IMG/VR virus record: IMGVR_UViG_3300032227_000522
Span: 1 to 33,108 of that record
DNA from: a virus
Taxonomy: Duplodnaviria; Caudoviricetes
Length of the DNA: 33,108 nt
Reading direction: 5' to 3' (one strand)
Below the pieces are notes generated by a model. That model worked only from the letters and a program-made list of their open reading frames with translations, was not told the DNA's origin and made no database searches. This document shows positions 26,800 to 33,108 of this stretch, one piece after another. The translations under genes and the position numbers were made by a program. Position 1 is the first letter of the stretch, and each line of letters begins with the position of its first letter.

Positions 26800-28014
26800 C
26801 TACGATTCAGCGAGGATGAAGTTTGTGTCCTCGCCGGTTGATTCGAGTTTAGGCGTAATGCCTGTTAGTTGCTGGTATCGCCGACAAATGACGTCAACGT
26901 ACTTTGGGTCGACCTCGATAGTACGGCAGGAGCGACCTAGGGTTTCGCAAGCGATGAGGGTAGACCCCGAACCGCCAAAGCCGTCAAATACGATGTCGTT
27001 CTGGTTGCTTGAATTCAGGATTGAGCGCTGCAATAGGTCGATGGGCTTCATGGTCGGGTGGTCTGTGCTTTTCGAAGGTCGATCGTATTCGAAAATCGTG
27101 TCTTGCTTGCGGTCGGGTACGGCTTGGTGCGCGGCCCCGGGAGACCAACCGTAGAAGATTGCCTCGTGCCGGTAGTGGTAGTCCGATCGACCCATCACCA
27201 GCGAGTTCTTGACCCAGATAAGGGTTTGTCGCCAAATGCCCAGTTCTGTAAGTGGGATGCAGAAGGCTTGGAAGGCAGGGCCAGACGGTGCGTAAACGTA
27301 CCAGCAACCGCCCGGGCGCGTGTAAGAGTTGGTCAGCGAGAAAGCGTCTCGTAGGAAGCCCTCGAGCATTGCGGTGTCCAAGTCATCGTTTTCGATTGTC
27401 AGCGCGTCTTTGGTCTTGCCCACGTAAGCGACTCCGTAAGGCGGATCCGTTAGGACTAGGTCAATGCGTTCTTCCCCGAGCAGTTTCTCGTAAGCGCCGT
27501 CCTCTGTGGAACTACCGCAGAAGACCTTGTGACGGCCCAGAATCCAAACATCGCCGGGCTTGCTGATTGGGTCTTTAGGTGGCGGAGGTACATCGTCCAC
27601 TTCGTCCCCGGTAGCCGTTTCTAAATCGGTACTGCTGTAATCTTCCCCGAATTCGAGAATGTCGACATCGAAGTCGTGAAGGCGTAGTTCTTCGAGTTGC
27701 CGGTTTAGTACGTCTTCGTCCCACTCGGCGAGTTCAGCGGTGCGGTTGTCGGCGAGGGCGTAAGCCTTCAGCATCGTCTCGTCCCATTCCGCTGGGGCTA
27801 CGACCGCGTCGACCGTCTTCCAGCCGAGTTGAGTAGCAGCTAGAATCGTGCCGTTCCCAGCGAGTACCGTACCGTCCGCCGCTATCACAATCGGTTTACG
27901 TTGCCCGAACTTGTCGAGGCTGGCCGTAATTGCTTTCAGGTTTCGCTCGGAGTGCTTCCGGGCGTTGTTCGGATCCAGAATCAGCGAGCTGATTTCTTTG
28001 TTTTCAATATCCAT
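26800..28014 (-). CDS. ParB-like N-terminal domain fused to N6-adenine/N4-cytosine DNA methyltransferase (beta class)
   Basis: DPNNARKH...FGQRKPIV...ALADNR (ParB/Srx fold); [26 protein letters not shown]. Confidence 0.92.
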   Translation of the reverse strand: MDIENKEISSLILDPNNARKHSERNLKAITASLDKFGQRKPIVIAADGTVLAGNGTILAATQLGWKTVDAVVAPAEWDETMLKAYALADNRTAELAEWDEDVLNRQLEELRLHDFDVDILEFGEDYSSTDLETATGDEVDDVPPPPKDPISKPGDVWILGRHKVFCGSSTEDGAYEKLLGEERIDLVLTDPPYGVAYVGKTKDALTIENDDLDTAMLEGFLRDAFSLTNSYTRPGGCWYVYAPSGPAFQAFCIPLTELGIWRQTLIWVKNSLVMGRSDYHYRHEAIFYGWSPGAAHQAVPDRKQDTIFEYDRPSKSTDHPTMKPIDLLQRSILNSSNQNDIVFDGFGGSGSTLIACETLGRSCRTIEVDPKYVDVICRRYQQLTGITPKLESTGEDTNFILAES

Positions 28015-28015
28015 T

Positions 28016-28138
28016 TCAGCCTTCCATGTGGCATTCGCACCTGCAAATGTCCACGCTTGTGGTTTCTATCTTTGACCGGTACTCCCCGGGGCAATCGGTG
28101 CAGTGTCGCTTACCGAGACACCAGCCAAGTACCTGCAT
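28016..28138 (-). CDS. Small Cys/His-rich protein (40 aa)
   Basis: MQVLGWCLGKRHCTDCP...CRCECH; begins just after the tmRNA-like RNA. Confidence 0.55.
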   Translation of the reverse strand: MQVLGWCLGKRHCTDCPGEYRSKIETTSVDICRCECHMEG

Positions 28139-28145
28139 GAAGTCG

Positions 28146-28225
28146 TGGACGTGTGGGGAGTCGAACCCCAGTCCGATCGTCGTTCCCTCTCGGGTCTTAC
28201 GCCGTCGAGTAACCGTTACACGCCC
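28146..28225 (-). ncRNA. Miniature tmRNA-like RNA (tRNA-like domain only, Ala identity, no tag reading frame)
   Basis: GGGCGTG-TAACGGTTACTCGA-CGGCGT-AAGA-CCC-GAGA-GGG-AACG-ACGATCG-GAC-TGGGG-TTCGACT-CCCCA-CACGTCC-A: 7-bp acceptor stem with G3:U70 and A73, stemless D-loop ending TCGA, GAC linker, canonical T arm. Confidence 0.85.
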
Positions 28226-28232
28226 GTCCACT

Positions 28233-28418
28233 TCAGTCTACAGACCGCAGGTGACGCGCTGGGTGATCCGTTTGCGCCTTTTCAGTTTGCGTTTTGCGGT
28301 TCGCAATTGCTAAACCGCTCCCGACTACCGCCAGCGTGACAATAAAGAAGATGGCGAGCAGTATGACCAGCGTCACAAGGACACCAGCCATAACGCTCGC
28401 CAATTCCCAAATCCACAT
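28233..28418 (-). CDS. Small membrane protein (61 aa)
   Basis: Long hydrophobic N-terminus; TAATG overlap with the SSB stop. Confidence 0.65.
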   Translation of the reverse strand: MWIWELASVMAGVLVTLVILLAIFFIVTLAVVGSGLAIANRKTQTEKAQTDHPARHLRSVD

Positions 28419-28804
28419 TAGAACGGCGCTTCGACCGATGCCGGTGCAGGGCTGGCCTGTGCGGTTGCTTGCCAATCCGAGCCTTTAGCCATTCCCGGCT
28501 CGAGCGCGACACTAGCTGCGTTGACGGTCAGATTGTAATACTTCTTTCCGTTGGACTCCGAGGCGAGGGTGACTTCCGTTCCGGTAATCACAACGCGATC
28601 GCCTTTCTTAAACTGCGTGAAGTCGACCTCTGTGCCGTAGGCGGCCCGAACGGTACGCCACGTGCGACCGACCGTTTCCCATTCGTTGGTGGCTTCGTTC
28701 TTCTTGCTGTGCAACTCAACGACCTTCATGCCCCACTTGGGGTGCTGGTCTTCCGTAGCCGACCATGGATCGACGAATCCGGTGAACTCAATCTTTGCCA
28801 TCAT
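28418..28804 (-). CDS. ssb: Single-stranded DNA-binding protein (OB fold)
   Basis: IEFTGFV, WETVGRTWRTV, KKGDRVVITG, C-terminal EAPF. Confidence 0.75.
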   Translation of the reverse strand: MMAKIEFTGFVDPWSATEDQHPKWGMKVVELHSKKNEATNEWETVGRTWRTVRAAYGTEVDFTQFKKGDRVVITGTEVTLASESNGKKYYNLTVNAASVALEPGMAKGSDWQATAQASPAPASVEAPF

Positions 28805-29249
28805 ATTCCTTCCCCAGCAATATCTTCATCGCCAGTTCTTCTTGGCGCTTTGTCATCAGCGCCACTTCCATTGCCCGGGTCATCACGATTGGTGTCCCTT
28901 CGTCCCCTGCCTTGTCGACAGGAACTTTATCAATTTTATCCTCGACCACCGACATGATTGTCAATGTTTCACGTGAAACATTACGGCGAGGTTTTCGAGG
29001 TTTCCGGGGTTTCCGGATGGTGTTCTTAACAGCCGGGTCTTTCCAGACATAGCGCGGCGGAGACGGCGGTGATTCGGGACGGTCAAGTATCTCGTCCCAG
29101 CGTAGGAGAGTAAAAGACCAGCCCGGCGTAGGACGCGATTCCGATAATGCCTCTTTAGATATCCTCTTAACCACGTCAGCATAATTCTCGCCTTCCTTTC
29201 CCAGCAACTCGACGGTCGCCCATTGGTGAAATATCTTGTCCATGTCCAT
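28788..29249 (-). CDS. Hypothetical protein with an RKP repeat; contains the parS site
   Basis: 153-aa ORF that fills the gap between its neighbours. Confidence 0.6.
   Translation of the reverse strand: MDMDKIFHQWATVELLGKEGENYADVVKRISKEALSESRPTPGWSFTLLRWDEILDRPESPPSPPRYVWKDPAVKNTIRKPRKPRKPRRNVSRETLTIMSVVEDKIDKVPVDKAGDEGTPIVMTRAMEVALMTKRQEELAMKILLGKEYDGKD
28965..28980. promoter_or_regulatory. Perfect chromosomal-type parS site TGTTTCACGTGAAACA
   Basis: Exact match to the canonical bacterial parS; the palindrome extends to 20 bp (28963-28982). Confidence 0.85.
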
Positions 29250-29258
29250 GTTGTTATC

Positions 29259-30446
29259 CTAGACCACACGTAAATCCGTGAAGGCATCTCCGTCGGTAAT
29301 AAGTGTCAGCCCACCGCGCACACCAAGGTCACCGGTCTTGTGACGCCACCACGTCGATTCCGATTCAAACGTAGGAACGCAGATGACCGTGCGCCCACGC
29401 TTCGTCTGGATCGAGAACTCATGCTCGTGACCGTGGAATAGGAAGGAAGCGGCCCCAGCGGATTGGAAGTTAAAGGTTTGCCCTTTCCACCACTCCATCG
29501 ACTTGCCACGCGACCACTGGTGACCGTGGGCCAACGTCATAACCGTCGATCCACATTCCCGGGTCATAAAGGACTCGTCGTTTTGCGGTACGAACACCGA
29601 GACGTGCGAATAGGTGTCAGGATTCATCTGGAAAGCGTCCGCAAGCGAAACCGCCGACTCGGTCGCGTGACCGTCATCGGCGCGTGTGGCTTGGAAGCGT
29701 TGGGTTTCATCGTGGTTACCGTTCACCACGGAAAGTTCGACCCCGGGAGCATCTAGGAAGCCGTCGACGGCGTACTTCATCATTCGTCTGAAGAGCCGGT
29801 ACTGCTCCGTGACGGTCAGGGTAGTGCGCCACATATTGCGTCCGTTTTGCGATACGTTTCCCTCGCAGGAATCGCCGCCAAAGTAGATGTGAACCTTGTC
29901 GATTGACCGGGTACGGCGAAGACGGCGGTACTCCGCTACGGCACGATCAACGGACTCAACGAATGCCTTGACCGTTCCCTCGGCCCCATCCCCGTCCATC
30001 TTCCCTAGCTGCAGGTCGCCAACTAGTAGTTGGAAAGTTCCTGTGCCGGTTGATTCGACTCGCTTTACCGGTCGCCGCTTCTCCACCGAGGCAATAATCT
30101 CGTCCAACTTGAAAGTGGCTGTGATCGGCTCAACGATGAACTTGTAATACCAGACTGGCTTTGTGGTAGCGTACTTCTGGTCGGGCCGATCGCGTGTCCA
30201 GCCAGCCGTATTGTGCCGAGATTCCACTAAGCGCACCCGGTAGCCCTTCGGAACTACGCCGCCGTTCGCCCTGACGAAGTTAGCCATGTCATCTTCGGTT
30301 TCTAGCTGCTGATCGGTTGTGGCGGTGATGGTTGCCGTTTTAGGATCGTGCGGTGCATACTCCGCCGTGAAATTGAACTGGCGAGGGTCTATCTTCCCCG
30401 AAGGCTCGTTTACCGCTGGCGTTGATAACGCGTCCCGGATATTCAT
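29259..30446 (-). CDS. Metallophosphoesterase (calcineurin-like) domain protein
   Basis: GDLQLGK, GGDSCEG, VNGNHDE, AHGH, GHEH. Confidence 0.85.
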   Translation of the reverse strand: MNIRDALSTPAVNEPSGKIDPRQFNFTAEYAPHDPKTATITATTDQQLETEDDMANFVRANGGVVPKGYRVRLVESRHNTAGWTRDRPDQKYATTKPVWYYKFIVEPITATFKLDEIIASVEKRRPVKRVESTGTGTFQLLVGDLQLGKMDGDGAEGTVKAFVESVDRAVAEYRRLRRTRSIDKVHIYFGGDSCEGNVSQNGRNMWRTTLTVTEQYRLFRRMMKYAVDGFLDAPGVELSVVNGNHDETQRFQATRADDGHATESAVSLADAFQMNPDTYSHVSVFVPQNDESFMTRECGSTVMTLAHGHQWSRGKSMEWWKGQTFNFQSAGAASFLFHGHEHEFSIQTKRGRTVICVPTFESESTWWRHKTGDLGVRGGLTLITDGDAFTDLRVV

Positions 30447-30673
30447 AGCCAGTCCTTGTGGCGGCCTTTGCGGTGCTGGGTGAATGGGTGGTGGCTGACC
30501 GGCATTCCAAAAGGCTGAAGCCGGCGGATGATTTCTGTAGTTGTCAGCGTGGATCCGTAAAACTCAATCACGGCGGCGCGGTCTTCAGCGTCGAGCGCAA
30601 ATAGCCACTCGCAATAAGCGCATTTACGATCGGATTCGATTGGTGCGTTAAGTGCGTCCCTTATTTTGCTCAC
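30443..30673 (-). CDS. Small putative DNA/Zn-binding protein, probably leaderless
   Basis: CAYC...QHRKGRH; TAGGAT sits 6 nt before the GTG. Confidence 0.7.
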   Translation of the reverse strand: MSKIRDALNAPIESDRKCAYCEWLFALDAEDRAAVIEFYGSTLTTTEIIRRLQPFGMPVSHHPFTQHRKGRHKDWL

Positions 30674-30711
30674 GTTTCAATCCTAACTTGAAGGTTAATG
30701 ATTCCCCGAAT

Positions 30712-31104
30712 TTACGATTCGAGCGCGGTATCTATCCGCCACTCTTCTTTCCACTCGCCACGGCCTAAAGCGTCCATCTTTGACGGATCTGTTTCTTCCC
30801 CAGAGAAGAAGCGCTTTGTTTCGATTTCAAGAACCCGATCGCGCATGTCGCTGAACGCTTGGTATTCAACCTGCCGGGCTTCTGCCCTTCGCTTCCGGTT
30901 TAGTTCATCGACCCCGATAATGATTTGTCGAGGAGTGAGGTACTCGGTGCTGTTCCTGAAGTGCTGGAACATTACGGTCGTGGCATCTTCGAAATCTAGT
31001 TCTCCGATAACCATGAACCATGCCTCGACGGTTTCTGTGCCGACCGTCCGGTTGTCGATTGCGGAGGCCATGGTCAGCAGCTTCGCGACTTCGGTTTTAT
31101 TCAT
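30712..31104 (-). CDS. Replicative helicase loader/inhibitor-like protein (G39P-like N-terminus)
   Basis: MNKTEVAKLLTMASAIDNR...EAW...LDFEDA...HFRNSTEYLTP; downstream of the initiator. Confidence 0.7.
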   Translation of the reverse strand: MNKTEVAKLLTMASAIDNRTVGTETVEAWFMVIGELDFEDATTVMFQHFRNSTEYLTPRQIIIGVDELNRKRRAEARQVEYQAFSDMRDRVLEIETKRFFSGEETDPSKMDALGRGEWKEEWRIDTALES

Positions 31105-31249
31105 CAAGGTTGTTCCTTCCAATTTCGCTGGCTACCCACGACTTGAATAGCGCGTCGATCCTTTGCTCCCGGGTCGCTGGGTGGGATTCTTGGCATACAC
31201 CGTCCTCGCGTAGCCCACCGCAAATCGGGCAGTTAGTCAGTTCGCTCAT
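31097..31249 (-). CDS. Small Zn-finger-like protein (50 aa)
   Basis: Hand-translated MSELTNCPICGGLREDGVCQESH...; RBS GAAGGAG. Confidence 0.6.
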   Translation of the reverse strand: MSELTNCPICGGLREDGVCQESHPATREQRIDALFKSWVASEIGRNNLDE

Positions 31250-31397
31250 CGGATTCTCCTTCCATCATCTTCCGCAACGCTTCGTCCATTCCATTCGTGA
31301 ATTCGTCAATCAGCGCTTGCCTTTCAGCTTCGCTCTTTCTCTTCTCAATGAACTTCCACTTTCGCTGTTCAGGCGTTAACCAGAATTCGTAAACCAT
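31233..31397 (-). CDS. Small hypothetical protein (54 aa)
   Basis: Hand-translated MVYEFWLTPEQRKWKF...; TGATG overlap with the rep stop. Confidence 0.6.
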   Translation of the reverse strand: MVYEFWLTPEQRKWKFIEKRKSEAERQALIDEFTNGMDEALRKMMEGESDERTD

Positions 31398-32023
31398 CAA
31401 GCCAGTTCCTTCCTGTCCGTAGCCTCCGCGTTTGCGAAGACCTGCACTACCGAGAGGTTCTGGGCCGCCTTAGTTGTAGCCGGCGCACGAACACCCCTCG
31501 ACCTTGAATCGCTGAATACGCGGCGCATCCAGTTCTTCCAAGTCCTATCCCAATCCAACTTTGTGGCCCCAGCCCCAGCCTTCGAGACCCAGTAGTCGAC
31601 GAAGTGATCCGTGTGGGCTATTACATCCAAGCCCGGGAATTCTGTCTTAGCCCAGCGCACCAGTTCGTCGTTGGGTTTCCACTCCGCTGCGAGGCGCGTA
31701 GCCCGAGGAGACGAACCCGATCGGCGTTCCCTAGCTGCTTCACGCTCCGCCAGCACCTTCTCTTTGACCGGCTGGTACTCGTGCCAATCCTTGAATTGGT
31801 AGCCGTCCTCTTCCCGATACCACAAACCGACCGTTACAAGCTTGTCGGCGAGCGCCATTCCATCCCCGGTAAGCACCTCGATGATCGGATCCGGGACGAA
31901 GCCGTCCGTTAGTTGTTGCCCCGACCATGAACCGGCGCGTACCCACAGCCCCATGGCGGAGTTACCAGCCATGATGACCTTCGGGTTGAGCGCAAGGTTA
32001 TCGTCCACTTTGAACCACGTCAC
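31397..32023 (-). CDS. RepA-like replication initiator
   Basis: WFKVDD...GLWVRAGSW...LTDGFVP...GLW...YQFKDWHEYQP; C-terminal FVDYW...KLDWDRTWKNW; GTG start at 32023. Confidence 0.8.
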   Translation of the reverse strand: MTWFKVDDNLALNPKVIMAGNSAMGLWVRAGSWSGQQLTDGFVPDPIIEVLTGDGMALADKLVTVGLWYREEDGYQFKDWHEYQPVKEKVLAEREAARERRSGSSPRATRLAAEWKPNDELVRWAKTEFPGLDVIAHTDHFVDYWVSKAGAGATKLDWDRTWKNWMRRVFSDSRSRGVRAPATTKAAQNLSVVQVFANAEATDRKELA

Positions 32024-32042
32024 TTTGCCTTCACTTGCCTTT

Positions 32043-32369
32043 CTAGTTTTCGACGGCACGAATGCCACCGTCAGTTGTCAAATACACGAGTCCATGTACG
32101 GAGTGCATTATTGGCGTCTCCGCCGGATTGGCGTACTTGCTGATTTTCACGCCTCGGGCCAGCGCTTCCGTTTGTAGATCGTGTTCGACTCTACCGTTGA
32201 GAATAGAGTCTAGCCAGACGAGGTTTGCGATTTCGTGCTTGCCACCGCCCATGCCACGGTTTGCCCGGTGGTGCGGTACTAGCGTGTCCGATTCAAGTCC
32301 CGAGTAGGCGCAGACGTGACCGTCCCGACGGTCGAGCGCAGCTAGTAGCGCCTTCGGAACGGAACTCAT
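32043..32369 (-). CDS. HNH-like protein
   Basis: RRDGHVCAY...PHHRANRGMGG...NLVWL...NGRVE. Confidence 0.7.
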   Translation of the reverse strand: MSSVPKALLAALDRRDGHVCAYSGLESDTLVPHHRANRGMGGGKHEIANLVWLDSILNGRVEHDLQTEALARGVKISKYANPAETPIMHSVHGLVYLTTDGGIRAVEN

Positions 32370-32569
32370 AGGAAGTCCGCCTTGATTTCCCGGGCGAGCG
32401 CTTGAGCGTCCTGTTCCGATACGCCGTAGGCAAGGATCCGTTGCTCGAGTCGTTTTACCTTTGCCGATTGCTCTTGGCGTTGGCGGCCCTGCCGGTACTT
32501 CAACTGCGTCTCGCGGTGCTTCTCCCGGCACTGCTCGCACCGACATCCGCGTCCATAACCGTGCGCCAT
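32366..32569 (-). CDS. Small Zn-binding protein (HG..GCRC..C family)
   Basis: HGYGRGCRCEQCRE. Confidence 0.7.
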   Translation of the reverse strand: MAHGYGRGCRCEQCREKHRETQLKYRQGRQRQEQSAKVKRLEQRILAYGVSEQDAQALAREIKADFL

Positions 32570-32946
32570 TATTCTGCCTCCCCAATCAAAATGACCGTGG
32601 TAGCCCCAAAGTTCGATGTGGACTTGAAAATCTGGGCGTTCACAATCTGTGTGTCATCATCATAGGCGACACCGTTCAGCGCGTCACAGACAAGCTTGGC
32701 GAGATTGTCCCAGTCCGATCGACGGCGGTCGGGCATCATGAAGCCCATCCGGATTTCGACATCCCCGACCATTTTGACGATTTTGCCGTGGGTAGCCATA
32801 GAAGCCATGGCGTAGGCTTCAGCGATTACTTGCTCCGCTTCGACCGTCTTGGTCGGCGTGTAAACGTGACCGCTTCTTGCCATCCGAGGTCGCGCCTTTG
32901 GCACGGGCCGTCCTTCGACCACAAAGCGCACTTCGTATTCAGTCAT
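32569..32946 (-). CDS. rusA: RusA-like Holliday junction resolvase
   Basis: GRPVPKARPR, DWDNLAKLVCDALNGVAYDDDTQIV; ATG at 32946. Confidence 0.9.
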   Translation of the reverse strand: MTEYEVRFVVEGRPVPKARPRMARSGHVYTPTKTVEAEQVIAEAYAMASMATHGKIVKMVGDVEIRMGFMMPDRRRSDWDNLAKLVCDALNGVAYDDDTQIVNAQIFKSTSNFGATTVILIGEAE

Positions 32947-32985
32947 TGAGGTTGATTCCTTCCAATAGGGTGGCGAGCGCAAGCG

Positions 32986-33108
32986 CGGCCTGCTGTGGAA
33001 CTACGCCGTTACCAGCGAGTTTTAGTTCGGATACCCGGGAAAGACCGTGGCTGGTAATCCAGCCTTCGGGTAGCCCCATCATCCATTCAGTAAATCGGCT
33101 GGAAAGGC
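32986..33108. repeat. Terminal direct repeat, copy of 1-123
   Basis: Exact match to the window start. Confidence 0.95.

Noticed and set aside
26800-28014. ParB domain as evidence of a phage parABS partition system
   Set aside because: It is only the N-terminal ParB/Srx fold fused to an MTase, with no HTH and no parA.
28146-28225. Ordinary tRNA gene or attP remnant
   Set aside because: There is no D-stem or 7-nt anticodon loop, both RNA ends are present and paired, and no integrase was found.
28016-28231. 71-aa ORF from the track spanning the RNA gene
   Set aside because: Its 5' half overlaps the tmRNA-like RNA. Only the Cys-rich part from ATG 28138 looks protein-like.
213-32949. The many plus-strand ORFs in the six-frame track other than 5354-5626
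   Set aside because: They are antisense shadows of tightly packed minus-strand genes in GC-rich DNA, with no recognisable motifs.
1-33108. Integrase/repressor module, reverse transcriptase (DGR/retron) or alternative genetic code
   Set aside because: No such motifs were recognised, and core genes are full length in the standard code with all three stop codons in use.

Overview
This window is an apparently complete, circularly assembled genome (~32,985 bp; positions 1-123 are repeated at 32986-33108) of a small siphovirus, most likely infecting an actinobacterium (inferred from gene families). All but one credible gene lie on the minus strand. The genome carries HNH/terminase, portal, head, neck, tail and lysis modules, YqaJ/Rad52-type recombination genes, RusA, SSB, a RepA-like initiator with a helicase-loader-like partner, and a metallophosphoesterase. 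It also has a methylation arsenal: a split multi-repeat C5-cytosine MTase, a second C5-MTase-like gene, a ParB-fused N6/N4 MTase and an intact S-adenosylmethionine synthetase. No integrase, immunity repressor or DNA polymerase was recognised. The most unusual signals are not in the ORF track: (1) an 80-nt tmRNA-like RNA reduced to the tRNA-like domain; (2) a genome-wide iterated palindrome ACGGATCCGT, about one copy per kb; (3) a perfect chromosomal-type parS inside a gene; (4) an iteron-type origin apparently separated from the initiator gene; (5) complete avoidance of CCWGG in my scan; (6) a 29-aa CxxC micropeptide and several repeated regulatory RNA elements. All counts and coordinates were made by eye and should be confirmed computationally.
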